A stretch of 47,623 nt of DNA from a virus (lineage: Duplodnaviria; Heunggongvirae; Uroviricota; Caudoviricetes). The position numbers were made by a program, and so were the translations under genes. Numbering within the stretch: the first letter of the stretch is position 1; every line of letters starts with the position of its first letter. Shown here piece after piece: positions 13,320-23,260 of this stretch. Under the pieces are notes generated by a model. The model had not been told where the DNA came from. It worked only from the letters and a program-made list of their open reading frames with translations, and searched no databases. The DNA lies in the IMG/VR virus record IMGVR_UViG_2541047842_000006; one strand, given 5' to 3'.

Positions 13320-16300
13320 TACCGATATGCTCCACTTAACCGACCACCATCACGGGCCTGCTGTTGCATAAAGTCCGCTGCCGCTTTTTTCCCGAGGTCA
13401 TAAACCGCCTTCAGGGCAGCCGGACCTATCTGCCCGTTCGTGCCATCGTTATTGATCTCGATGTTGTACTGCGGGGAAAACATCGCCATACCTGAACCCC
13501 CAATATCCGCCACAACCCCCAGCTTACCGTCAGCACCACGACGCAATGGCAGAATGGCTTCAGGTCCCGCTTCCCCCATCACACCCGCGCCTTTTGCAAA
13601 AGCAAAAAACGTCGGACGGTTAACCACCGTGCCACTGTAACGACTCAAATCAGCAGACTGATAAATCCCCCCATTGGCATTCAGGGAAAGGCTGCTGAGA
13701 TCAAATCCCAGCACACTGCCAATCCCTTTTATCGATTTCATCATGGTTGCCTGCGCCAGGATTTTCGCCATATCTGACAGCACAGAAGAGGTGAAGGATT
13801 TGAAATTGAGTTTGCCGGTAGTGACAAAAGTTGCCAGGCCATTTCCCATGTTGCTGAAGGCTGACGAGAACACCTGTTCTGCTGTTCCTGCCGTATTATC
13901 TGCATCCACGGTAAAATCCTGAAATGCACGCAGGACTCCGTTTTTCCAGTTACCCTGCACAACTTCAAGCTGTTGCCAGTAACGGCGATTCTCATTCAGT
14001 TGTCGGTTCAGGCTCTCCGTCAGCGCCTGCTCGGCCTTTCTGTAGTCATCCGTGTTATATGTTCCTTTCTGCTCACTATCCCGCCTCAACTGCTCCAGCT
14101 GTTGCTGGTATTTCTGGCGAAGACTCAGTTGTACCTGATATCGCTGCCGCTGCTGATCACCCATACCCACCGTGGCGATATCCAGGTCATGTTGCTGACG
14201 CTGAGCGCGCTCTTCTTCAGCCAGTTGACTGGTCAGCTGAATTGTTTTTTTCTTCAGCTCGTTGAGTGCCGTCTGTTTCTGAAGCTCCTGCTGTTTTACA
14301 TCCAGCAGCGTCAGTGCCTGAATCAGTTCATCTTTACGGGCCAGCACACTCTTTTCATCTGCCGTCAGTTTTTTCCCGTCCAGGTCGCTGATGCGCTGCT
14401 GCAGAGCCAGAAGCTGTTTATGCGCTTCTGTCATCCTTTCCGTGGCAATGCCTGCTGACTGTCTGGCAGCAGCAATCTGTCCTTCCACCTGTGCCTGTTG
14501 CTGACTGTACTGCAGCAATAACCGGGTGGCCTCATCATTACGGGGTTCGCGTGTTTTTTTCTTACCGGATGCCAGGGCTTTCTCGTAACGTTCATTTTCA
14601 CGTTGTATCGCTGCATCCCTGACAGCCTGATCGGCGTACTGCATGGAATTAATACGCGCAATTTCACGCTGATGTCGTGCTGCTTCCGTTTCATTCATCC
14701 GGTTCAGTGCAGCATTTTCAGCATTACGTCGTTTCTGTTGCTCCTGATAATTCCGCTCTGCCTGCTCTTTTGCATCCTGCAAATCCTTCTGGCGTTTTTT
14801 CTCCTGAAGATCGTTAAGACGCTGCTGATCGTATTCAACCTGAGAAGATGATGCCGTCCAGGGGAGTCTTTTCGCCCGCGACACTTTCTCCTGTAAAGCG
14901 GCAATCTGTTCATCCAGCGAGTCTTCACGACCAATATTCATGGCCGCATCCCAGAAACGACTCCACAAATCAGACAGATACTTCAGCGTACTGCCAAGCG
15001 CATTGAGGTTATTATCAATATCCGCAGTACGCCGACCGGTTTCCTCTGCCAGTGCAGACATGGCTATCCGTGCAGCATCACTGGACCGTCCCTGATCCCC
15101 AAGGACACGTATCTGCTCAAGCTGAGTGGCAGTAAGAAAATGCAGCTCATTGTCCAGAGCCTTCGCGGCATTTACAGGATCATCCTTCAGCCGCTTAAAC
15201 TGATTTATGGTATCGCTGACCGACTGGCCAACCGATCGCTCCATCTGTGCGGCAGCTCTCGCCACCATACCGATATCGTTTCCACGAAATGCACCACTCC
15301 CCACCACCTGAGCCAGCGCACCGGCTGCAGCATGTTGCGTGATACCATTCCCGGAAATAGCACGACTGAGCGTCCACAGCTGCCCGGCAGTGACTCCGGC
15401 ATAATGCCCCGTCAGCGACAACTGGCGGTTAAATTCTTCCCCCTCCTTCTGACCGTCATACCAGGCTTTACCCAGACCATAGACGGACGCGGCAATACCG
15501 CCAATAACCCCGCCAAGCATCATGCCTTTCGGTGACATCAGAGTGTCTATCCATCCGGCACGGTTAGCCAGCGTTATCCCGGATCCCCTCAGCGCCCCTA
15601 AATTGCCGCGGGCCAGTTCACCTATCAGAACGCCAATCTCCTGGCGGGCCGCTGCACTTTTCAGACCCAGCGAATGCGTGGCTTTTCCTGCCTGCTCCAT
15701 TTTGCGGATATACACTTCTGCAGCACTGCTTACCCCCAGCTGGGCAGCCTTAGCACGAAGCAACTCAGAAGAAGAAAGATTCTGGCGGGTTGCCTGCTCT
15801 TTAAGCTGACGGATAAACGCCACTTTCTGTCGGGTAGCCTCTTCCTCAGCCTGCGTAAGAACACGGGTTTTCGCCGTAACCTCAGAAATCAGCGCCAGAT
15901 AATCCTGCTGACCAATCCCGCCACTGTTTCTGGCCTGTCGGATCTGCTGCTGAATACGCTGTAATTCCTGCAGCCCCGCACTGGCCTGTTTCACACTGTC
16001 AATCTGACGATAAAACGCGGCAGCCGCTTTATCCTGAGCCTCCGCCAGAGCCATGGCCTGCGCCTGTTCCTCGCGCATTTTCTGGCTCAGTGCCTCCATA
16101 CGCTGGCGGGTTTGCTCCACCTCGCGGGCCATGCGTTCATGAGCCTGTGCGCTCTTCTCCACCGTCTGCGCATGGACGGATGCGGCTGTTGCAGCCGAAG
16201 AAGCCGCCTGCATTGTCTGCCGGGCGGCCTGAGTCTGACGCTCCATAAAACGCTGCATACGGGCAGAAGACCGTTCTGCATCGCTGGCTGCACCATTCAG

Positions 16301-16414
16301 AAGGTTTTTGATACGGGGAATTTCATTTTTAAACTCTGCCGCATCAATCCCCAAATCAATGACCAGGTTGGCTATCTGGTCCATAACGCACACCTCCGGA
16401 AATACCTTCCCCAA
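13319..16414 (-). CDS. tail tape measure protein (H-like)
   Basis: 1031-aa ORF, coiled-coil-rich with Gly-rich C-terminal region; between T and M; true start probably an internal Met since the ORF overlaps T. Confidence 0.8.
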   Translation of the reverse strand: MGKVFPEVCVMDQIANLVIDLGIDAAEFKNEIPRIKNLLNGAASDAERSSARMQRFMERQTQAARQTMQAASSAATAASVHAQTVEKSAQAHERMAREVEQTRQRMEALSQKMREEQAQAMALAEAQDKAAAAFYRQIDSVKQASAGLQELQRIQQQIRQARNSGGIGQQDYLALISEVTAKTRVLTQAEEEATRQKVAFIRQLKEQATRQNLSSSELLRAKAAQLGVSSAAEVYIRKMEQAGKATHSLGLKSAAARQEIGVLIGELARGNLGALRGSGITLANRAGWIDTLMSPKGMMLGGVIGGIAASVYGLGKAWYDGQKEGEEFNRQLSLTGHYAGVTAGQLWTLSRAISGNGITQHAAAGALAQVVGSGAFRGNDIGMVARAAAQMERSVGQSVSDTINQFKRLKDDPVNAAKALDNELHFLTATQLEQIRVLGDQGRSSDAARIAMSALAEETGRRTADIDNNLNALGSTLKYLSDLWSRFWDAAMNIGREDSLDEQIAALQEKVSRAKRLPWTASSSQVEYDQQRLNDLQEKKRQKDLQDAKEQAERNYQEQQKRRNAENAALNRMNETEAARHQREIARINSMQYADQAVRDAAIQRENERYEKALASGKKKTREPRNDEATRLLLQYSQQQAQVEGQIAAARQSAGIATERMTEAHKQLLALQQRISDLDGKKLTADEKSVLARKDELIQALTLLDVKQQELQKQTALNELKKKTIQLTSQLAEEERAQRQQHDLDIATVGMGDQQRQRYQVQLSLRQKYQQQLEQLRRDSEQKGTYNTDDYRKAEQALTESLNRQLNENRRYWQQLEVVQGNWKNGVLRAFQDFTVDADNTAGTAEQVFSSAFSNMGNGLATFVTTGKLNFKSFTSSVLSDMAKILAQATMMKSIKGIGSVLGFDLSSLSLNANGGIYQSADLSRYSGTVVNRPTFFAFAKGAGVMGEAGPEAILPLRRGADGKLGVVADIGGSGMAMFSPQYNIEINNDGTNGQIGPAALKAVYDLGKKAAADFMQQQARDGGRLSGAYR

Positions 16415-16685
16415 GATGCATCAGTTCTTCGTCCGTTCGCTCCGGTATCCCGTTCTCTTCCGGTAAAAGGCTGAAATCAGCCACCGCAGCATCACTGCTA
16501 CCGGACACCATTCTCACGATCAATGCCTTCAGCGAGGCAAACTGCGCATCCATCCACACATCACTGAAGCTCTGCATCCGGAAATAATCGCCCCACTCAC
16601 CAAGCTCAGTGGCCGACATTTCCGACAGCATCCGCCGCCAGTCTGCCCGCCGGAACTCCCGGGCAAGCCGCATGACAAACTGCAT
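16356..16685 (-). CDS. T segment of tail assembly chaperone G-T (expressed by -1 frameshift from G)
   Basis: ORF lies in the -1 frame relative to G and overlaps the G 3' end, where an A-rich slippery stretch (CCGGAAAAGTCC) sits. Confidence 0.6.
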   Translation of the reverse strand: MQFVMRLAREFRRADWRRMLSEMSATELGEWGDYFRMQSFSDVWMDAQFASLKALIVRMVSGSSDAAVADFSLLPEENGIPERTDEELMHLGEGISGGVRYGPDSQPGH

Positions 16686-16693
16686 TTCCCGCG

Positions 16694-17122
16694 TCAGGAC
16701 TTTTCCGGCGTCAGCACCTCATGCTCCAAATCCCCGGCATTCTCAATGACTCCCATACCGCTCAGCGACAGAACCATCTCCGCCCCCGCTCCCAGGGCAT
16801 CATACGACCATGTTGTAATAACGGATGCGCAAAGCGTCTCAACATCCTGAGACTGTTCCGCATTCCACAGTGAGCGGGAAACCAGCCAGGCATTGATATC
16901 CATCCCCATCCGCAGAAAAGCAATCTGTCGTTCAGCCTCCGGCAGTTCTCCCTCTTCGGCATCAAACTTTGCCGTTCGCTGCTGAACAAACGCCAGATAT
17001 TCAATTCTCTGCAGCCCGGACAGCTCACTGAGCACCACGGACTGCTTTTCATAATTAAACGTGCCCTGTTTCAGAAACATCATGTTCTCCACCTGCAAAA
17101 AAGCCCCGGATAACCGGGGCAA
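16694..17122 (-). CDS. tail assembly chaperone G
   Basis: 142-aa ORF ending ...EVLTPEKS; between V and T; likely start at internal MFLKQG. Confidence 0.75.
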   Translation of the reverse strand: MPRLSGAFLQVENMMFLKQGTFNYEKQSVVLSELSGLQRIEYLAFVQQRTAKFDAEEGELPEAERQIAFLRMGMDINAWLVSRSLWNAEQSQDVETLCASVITTWSYDALGAGAEMVLSLSGMGVIENAGDLEHEVLTPEKS

Positions 17123-17140
17123 ATGATGAGTATCGTCCTG

Positions 17141-17890
17141 TTAACCTGCGGCGCTGACAGCCACCGCAGCCACTGCCACAAAATCGCCGTCAGAAGTCAT
17201 GCCCACAATGCTGACACTGCCCTGCTTCACGCCTTTCACCGTGGCCACAAGCCCGTTCAGGGTCACCGTGGCAGTCTGTGGATCTGTCGAATGCACACTG
17301 ATCGCTTTGTCACTGGCTCCGTCAGGTTTTACTGTAAAGGTCAGCGTGGTGGTTGCTCCCACTTTTACACTGGCAGATGCCGGTGCCACCGTCAGCCCGG
17401 TAACGCTCACTGTTTCAGTGCCTTCCTCTGCCAGATACGGACGCCCCACACCGCTGATTTTCACTGTGCGGGTCATCACGTCTTTTGAGGCAATGGTTTT
17501 ACCCAGTGAGCTCAGCCAGCCACGGAAAACATCAACAGTGCCGTTGGGATATTTGATACGAAACGCGCAGACTTCACCGGAGTCGAACAACTGAACCAGT
17601 TTTTTCTGCCCGCTGTCACCCGGACGCCAGGCCAGCGTCGCCGAAGTATCACCGACGGATTTCTGCCCCTGGGTTGTCGTTTTCCAGTCTGCATCTTCAT
17701 CATCGAGATAAGTGTCATCTTCTGCATCAGCGGTCATTTCGCCAGGTTGCAGATCCTTCACCATCGCAAGACGCAGCCAGTCAGTGTCCGATAAAGGGTT
17801 CGCAAACGCATCGCCCTTGCCGGTGTACATCCAGAACGTCGTTCCCGCACCTTTCGTTTTTGCCAGTGGATTTGGTGTGGTCATTGCCAC
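17141..17890 (-). CDS. major tail tube protein V with C-terminal Ig-like domain
   Basis: 249 aa; Thr/Val-rich Ig-like C-terminus (VTGLTVAPASASVKVGATTTLTFTVKPDGASDKAISV...); lambda order. Confidence 0.85.
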   Translation of the reverse strand: MAMTTPNPLAKTKGAGTTFWMYTGKGDAFANPLSDTDWLRLAMVKDLQPGEMTADAEDDTYLDDEDADWKTTTQGQKSVGDTSATLAWRPGDSGQKKLVQLFDSGEVCAFRIKYPNGTVDVFRGWLSSLGKTIASKDVMTRTVKISGVGRPYLAEEGTETVSVTGLTVAPASASVKVGATTTLTFTVKPDGASDKAISVHSTDPQTATVTLNGLVATVKGVKQGSVSIVGMTSDGDFVAVAAVAVSAAG

Positions 17891-17895
17891 CTCCT

Positions 17896-18309
17896 TTAAT
17901 TCGTGTACGTGATCTGGTACGTGATTTCCGCCATCGCCCAGGTGGCCATCTCATTATCACGTTGATAGTTAAAACCGAGAGGGATCAGGGTGTCGATGAG
18001 TCCGGAAAGTGCCGGTATATCATTCAGGGCCGGGAAAATGGTGCTCTCCATCCACATATCCAGCTCTGAATCCGGTGCCTGTGCCCGGATGAAGACAGCA
18101 ATATGCAGAACAGCCTGCCAGTCATCTTCATCCGTCATTTTTCCGGTGTACTGAGCATCACTCAGCCACACCGCCACGGCAGGCAGTTCCTGCGCATCAA
18201 TAAATGCCGGAAGCCCGTCAAAAAACGTGGCGCTGTCTCCACACTGTTCCCGAAGGCGTGCCAGTACGGCCTGGCGGATTTGTGTATGTCGGTTCATCGG
18301 GTCAGCCAT
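17896..18309 (-). CDS. tail terminator protein U
   Basis: 137 aa; recalled similarity to lambda U (ATFFDG...PAVAV...DSELD.WMES...IPALS). Confidence 0.8.
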   Translation of the reverse strand: MADPMNRHTQIRQAVLARLREQCGDSATFFDGLPAFIDAQELPAVAVWLSDAQYTGKMTDEDDWQAVLHIAVFIRAQAPDSELDMWMESTIFPALNDIPALSGLIDTLIPLGFNYQRDNEMATWAMAEITYQITYTN

Positions 18310-18872
18310 AACCTCAGTTGTTGTTTCAGTGCATACCCCAGCTGTTTCGGCATTTCCGCAGCAATAATGCGGTCGCGGGCATCTTCAAATGCCTGTGTCA
18401 GCGGTCCGGACAGCGGGACTTTCACCACATCAATGGGGTAACGATTTTTGCCATCAATACGCCGCATCACATGCCAGCGACCATTCGCCAGTTGCTGAAT
18501 AAACGCATCCCGGAAAAGATATTTACCCACCTTCAGCACACTGCCACGGTACTGCAGTTTTCCACCACGCCGGGCCAGTCTGACCCGGGCTGTCCCCAGC
18601 TTAATAGCGGGCAGATTGCCCCGGTTAACGCGGATCCTGGCCGTCATTTTTCCTGACGGACTGGCTTTAAACACCCGGACACGCTGACGTACCAGTTTCA
18701 GGGGGATCCCTTTCACCTGGTTATCTCCCGCAACGGTATTCCCGGCAACCTGCCGGGTGGCGACCGAGACCGCTTTCTGTGCCACACGGTTTATCGCCCA
18801 TGCGCTGGCCTGTGGCACCATACGGGTATCAAGGCTGTTCAGATTACGGATGGCATTCTCAAGCCCCTTCAT
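18294..18872 (-). CDS. tail completion protein Z
   Basis: 192 aa, lambda Z length; between head-tail adaptor genes and U. Confidence 0.7.
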   Translation of the reverse strand: MKGLENAIRNLNSLDTRMVPQASAWAINRVAQKAVSVATRQVAGNTVAGDNQVKGIPLKLVRQRVRVFKASPSGKMTARIRVNRGNLPAIKLGTARVRLARRGGKLQYRGSVLKVGKYLFRDAFIQQLANGRWHVMRRIDGKNRYPIDVVKVPLSGPLTQAFEDARDRIIAAEMPKQLGYALKQQLRLWLTR

Positions 18873-18883
18873 CCCACACCTCT

Positions 18884-19159
18884 TTACTCAATAAAGATCA
18901 TTGGCTTACCGTTAAAACGTTCATGCCGTGTGACCGTCCATTGTTGTCCGTCATAAACAACGCGATCCCCGCGCCGTGGGCGGTATCCCGAAGAAAACAC
19001 CACCAGAGAGACCGCAGGTCCGGACAGAGCATTCAGCTCTGCCAGTGTTTCTCCCGGGATCACAGTCATATCGACATCATTAATCGAGGCTGTCTTTCCC
19101 ATCTTTCTGACCGTGATAGCATCCATACGCGCTGCCAGCCGGGAAAAGGGATCAGACAT
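18884..19159 (-). CDS. head-tail adaptor/head completion protein (FII position)
   Basis: 91-aa ORF downstream of capsid genes and upstream of Z; function assigned by position only. Confidence 0.45.
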   Translation of the reverse strand: MSDPFSRLAARMDAITVRKMGKTASINDVDMTVIPGETLAELNALSGPAVSLVVFSSGYRPRRGDRVVYDGQQWTVTRHERFNGKPMIFIE

Positions 19160-19520
19160 TGAGTTTTACCGGCACTTCTTCTGCACTGGTTCCGGCATCT
19201 GCCCAGACAACCCCGACCAGCGGATCAGAGCCGCTGTTAGTCAGCTGAACTTTTCCGGACTTCAGATAAACCTTCTTACCCGTTTTCATGTCATCCGTTT
19301 TCAGCTTAGGCAGCATAAACACACCTTCGGTCATGCCGTCGCCTGTTTCACCCTGTGGAATATCGGTCAGCGCCACCGCAAAAACATCGCCCACCTGCAC
19401 CAGATCTCCGCTGCTGATGGCTGCACTGGCAACAATCGCCACCGTTTTTCCTTCTTCTACAAAATTCTTTGCCATAACTGTCTCCGCACAGCCCCGTTCA
19501 GGGGCTGATTTCAGGTACAA
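19152..19520 (-). CDS. head-DNA stabilisation / FI-position head protein
   Basis: 122-aa ORF immediately after the capsid gene; assigned by position only. Confidence 0.45.
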   Translation of the reverse strand: MYLKSAPERGCAETVMAKNFVEEGKTVAIVASAAISSGDLVQVGDVFAVALTDIPQGETGDGMTEGVFMLPKLKTDDMKTGKKVYLKSGKVQLTNSGSDPLVGVVWADAGTSAEEVPVKLNV

Positions 19521-19561
19521 AAAAAGCCCTTACGGGCCATCAGAGTTGTTGTCTGCGACGT

Positions 19562-21520
19562 TTACGCCGTACATTTCACCAGACCGCGGTGATCAACTGG
19601 CGCGACACCGGCGTCAATACGCACTTTCGTTGTCACGCCATCCACACTGAAGCCCTCCATCTGATCAATATATGGCGTATCCACACCGTTGAGATAAGCC
19701 ACTTCAATCGTATCGGAGCCTTTTGACGCAGCCAGGTAGAAGGTGGTCTGGCTGTTATCATCAAGACGAGGCTCTGCAATAACGGTCGCAAAATCTTTCA
19801 CCGGGTTAATAATACCGGCGTTAATGTCAGCCCCCTTGACACTTGAGGAGCGAATGACCTGGTTAGCAACAGACTCCATCGCCGTCGGTACCAGTACGAA
19901 CGCAGGACGAATATTCAGATGACGCTCCCCCTCTTTCTGAACGCGCATCAACTGGCGGGCTTTATCCAGCGATGCCACGTCCATTGCAGCGCTCTCCAGT
20001 ACGTTTGCATGTTTCGCTTTATCGAACAGACTTACATTATCTGTGGAGATTTTCGGGTTAGACGTCAGAATGGCATAAACCAGATCGGCAATAGTGGATT
20101 TCGCCGCACGGCCCAGTTTCATCGGGACATCGGTCAGCATATTCAGATCATCATTGATAATGGCCTGACGGGTGATACTGAACAGCTCGCCATAGGTCGC
20201 CAGTGCAATAGTGGCCTGTTTATCTCCGGTGGTGACGTATTTATATTCCGCCCCTTCACGCACCTGACGTAGAGCACTGAAGCCCCCCATACCCACACGA
20301 TGGGCAATTTTAAAATCAGACAACTGACCTTTCCGCGTCCACTGTTCATAGGTTTCAGGGGCATCTTCCCAGCCCTGCAGAATGGCTTTGTTCGCAACAT
20401 CCAGCAGAATATTACCGAAGTCAGACGTACTGTGTGTGAACGCCGCACCGACCATCTGCATCGGGTTATAACCGGAAACCCCAATACCCCGTTCAGTTAG
20501 TGACATACGGGCATATTCACGCAGGGTCATCCCGTTGTAGACATTATCACGTTCGGTTTTTTCAAATCCGGCACGCGCCATCAGCGCCTGGCGAATCCCG
20601 TCCCCCACAAAATTACCGTTACCGGCATAAATATGAGCCGGGGTATTTTTATTGGATGGCGTGGACTCGCGCCCCATCTCGTTCAACAGCTTTTCACGGG
20701 CCTGCTCCAGCGAACATTCAGGATCGGCAAGACACTGGGCCTGCAGCGTCTGATAACGCCCGCCAAACATGGCAAACAGATCATTAATACCGTTTACACG
20801 CGCTTTTTGCTCTGCCAGTACCTGCGCACGGATACTGTTTTCATCCACCACGGGTGCTGCTGCCTGCACTGGCGTCCGGGAGGCTGCAGGTTCATCATCC
20901 TGTACGCGTGGAGCACTGTTGCGTGGCGGAGTAATCATGTTTCGAATGGATTCCGGCATCTTTTTAAATTCCTCTGTACGTTTTGACTGAATACATGCCA
21001 TTGCCTTAACGGCTGGTGTCACCTGATCAGCAAATCCCTGTGCCAGACATTCGGCACCGGACATCCAGGTCTCATCCGCCAGCATGGCAGCAATTTCATC
21101 GGTGGTTTTCCCGGTTTTCTGTGCATAAGCGGGTAACAGAACCGCCTCAACTTTATCGAGCAGGTCGGCATAGGTGCGCATGTCCTCCGCATCACCGCCC
21201 GTAAAGCCAAATGGTTTATGAATCATCATGAAGGAGTTTTCCGGCATAATGACCGGGTTTCCCACCATCGCAATGACCGACGCCATTGACGCCGCCACAC
21301 CGTCGACATAAACGGTAATGGACGCACCATGTGTTTTCAGTGCATTAAAAATGGCGATGCCTTCAAAGACATCGCCACCCGGTGAATTAATATGGAGATT
21401 AATGTGGGTGATATCGCCCAGTGCATTCAGATCACTGATAAACTGCTTCGCTGTAACACCCCAGAAACCAATCTCGTCATAAATATAAATATCCGCGTCA
21501 CTCTGGTGACCTGCCTGCAT
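19562..21520 (-). CDS. fused prohead protease (ClpP/S14-like) and major capsid protein
   Basis: ORF 19562..21781 (739 aa); ClpP-like catalytic Ser (GVAASMAS) and His (MIHKP) N-terminally, long capsid-like C-terminal domain; start set at Met 21518..21520 just after the portal stop. Confidence 0.75.
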   Translation of the reverse strand: MQAGHQSDADIYIYDEIGFWGVTAKQFISDLNALGDITHINLHINSPGGDVFEGIAIFNALKTHGASITVYVDGVAASMASVIAMVGNPVIMPENSFMMIHKPFGFTGGDAEDMRTYADLLDKVEAVLLPAYAQKTGKTTDEIAAMLADETWMSGAECLAQGFADQVTPAVKAMACIQSKRTEEFKKMPESIRNMITPPRNSAPRVQDDEPAASRTPVQAAAPVVDENSIRAQVLAEQKARVNGINDLFAMFGGRYQTLQAQCLADPECSLEQAREKLLNEMGRESTPSNKNTPAHIYAGNGNFVGDGIRQALMARAGFEKTERDNVYNGMTLREYARMSLTERGIGVSGYNPMQMVGAAFTHSTSDFGNILLDVANKAILQGWEDAPETYEQWTRKGQLSDFKIAHRVGMGGFSALRQVREGAEYKYVTTGDKQATIALATYGELFSITRQAIINDDLNMLTDVPMKLGRAAKSTIADLVYAILTSNPKISTDNVSLFDKAKHANVLESAAMDVASLDKARQLMRVQKEGERHLNIRPAFVLVPTAMESVANQVIRSSSVKGADINAGIINPVKDFATVIAEPRLDDNSQTTFYLAASKGSDTIEVAYLNGVDTPYIDQMEGFSVDGVTTKVRIDAGVAPVDHRGLVKCTA

Positions 21521-21533
21521 CCTGAACCAGGAA

Positions 21534-23042
21534 TTATTCTTCGGACTGGTCGTCGGTGTGCTGCGGCTCCTGTCGTTTCGTTGCGGCACTGCTGCCTCCT
21601 TTATCACTGGCCGGATCGGTATCAAATACCAGATCCAGCTTGCGGTTTTCATCAATTTCGGCCTTGCGCCGACGTTTGACATCATCCGGATTACGACCAC
21701 CTGCACGTACCCAGTCTGATTCTGTCGCCGCTCCACCACGAATCTGAATTTTCCAGGCCTCAGCCTCCTTAACAGGGTCAATCCACGGCATCACCGGTCC
21801 GGAATACACCGCGGTATACAGTGAAGAACGATCAAGATCGCGGGGTAGCCTGATAACACCGGATGCCACAGCCTGTTTCAGCCAGGCACGATACATCGGG
21901 CGGGTGACGGCACCAATAAACCAGTCCTGCAGGATCAGGTAGCCATCAGTGGATTCAACCAGCTCCTGACGCTGGGCGCTGTAAGTGCCGTTATAGTTGC
22001 GTGCCGTACTGGAAAAACTCAGACGACTGCCCGCCGCCACGGCACGCAACTGACCATTACGAAAAGTTTCAAGGTTAGGATTGGGACGATCCGACTTCAC
22101 CATTCCGATTTCTTCGCCGGGTTTCAGATCGTCGTAAATAATGCCTGGCTGAATGGTAAGCTCGCGTTCATTCTCCTTGCTGCCATTACCATCCGGTTCA
22201 TAGCTCTGCCCGTCGCCTTTCCGGATGTACATCCCCAGAGCAGCGGCGATCCTTGCTGCAGTCAGCTCAGAATCTTCATACTCTTTCAGGGCACTGAGGC
22301 GGATCAGCACACCGGACAACAAAGACGTCCCGCGCATCTGGTGCAGACGGCGAACAAATTTAAGATGCAGCATTCGCTCTGCATCCACTTCTTTGGTTTC
22401 CATCTGCCGCCCGGATACGGGACGGCTTTTATACACCAGATATTTTTCGGGACGCCCCCAGTCATCAACAAACACGCCCTGATTCAGCCTGTTGCTCTCA
22501 TCACTGGTCATGGGAATAAAGTCCGGCTCGAGCGCCTCCAGCCAGAAATGAACACCGGCAGAAGGCGTCAGGCTGTTTATGCGCCCGGAAACCATCTGGG
22601 CAAACACCTCACCATCGCGCAGCCAGGTACGCAGCATCAGACGTTCCAGCATCGGACGGGTAAACTGCCCGGTGACTTCCGGACTGACAGACCATTCACT
22701 CCATCGGGTGCGTATCTCCGCTGCCAGATCACGGGCAATGGCCCCATTGCGTAATACCGGATGTGGCTCGACAATAATCCCGTTTTTCCCCACCACCCGT
22801 TCTTCCAGCTTGTCAAATACACCAATAACCAGATCGTGGTTGTTATCAAGGTAACGGGCCTGCTCACGTAACGACACGGCCCCGTACTGGCTTAACTGGT
22901 CGGCAGTTCGGTTTTCCCGCCGGGCTTTGTGTGTCCGTGTCGTTTTTACGGCCTCATAAGCCTGGATCACCGCACGGGAACGCAGCCTTGCCGCTTTCCA
23001 TCCTGGTGAAAAAACGCCAATCACATCATCAAGAATTGCCAT
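21534..23042 (-). CDS. portal protein (lambda B family)
   Basis: ORF 21534..23114; start set at internal Met (MAILDDVIGV) overlapping the W stop as ATGA; between W and protease/capsid. Confidence 0.85.
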   Translation of the reverse strand: MAILDDVIGVFSPGWKAARLRSRAVIQAYEAVKTTRTHKARRENRTADQLSQYGAVSLREQARYLDNNHDLVIGVFDKLEERVVGKNGIIVEPHPVLRNGAIARDLAAEIRTRWSEWSVSPEVTGQFTRPMLERLMLRTWLRDGEVFAQMVSGRINSLTPSAGVHFWLEALEPDFIPMTSDESNRLNQGVFVDDWGRPEKYLVYKSRPVSGRQMETKEVDAERMLHLKFVRRLHQMRGTSLLSGVLIRLSALKEYEDSELTAARIAAALGMYIRKGDGQSYEPDGNGSKENERELTIQPGIIYDDLKPGEEIGMVKSDRPNPNLETFRNGQLRAVAAGSRLSFSSTARNYNGTYSAQRQELVESTDGYLILQDWFIGAVTRPMYRAWLKQAVASGVIRLPRDLDRSSLYTAVYSGPVMPWIDPVKEAEAWKIQIRGGAATESDWVRAGGRNPDDVKRRRKAEIDENRKLDLVFDTDPASDKGGSSAATKRQEPQHTDDQSEE

Positions 23043-23260
23043 CAGAACCTCGCCAGCCGGTACCCGGGATGCCCCCGTCGTCGTGTAATCAGAGCCGCAA
23101 GGCGGCGCTCCCACTCCTGCCGTCCCTGCCGGATCTCAGATAAGTTTTCCATGGTCATCTGCTGACCATTAAAGGTGACGGATTTTCCGTCCAGCACCGC
23201 CATTTCAGCTTCCGTATAACGCTGAATCATGGCTTCGATATCATTCTGGTTCATAACCAT
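23042..23260 (-). CDS. head-tail joining protein W
   Basis: 72 aa ending ...RRRGHPGYRLARF, resembling the lambda gpW C-terminus; between terminase A and portal. Confidence 0.7.
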   Translation of the reverse strand: MVMNQNDIEAMIQRYTEAEMAVLDGKSVTFNGQQMTMENLSEIRQGRQEWERRLAALITRRRGHPGYRLARF

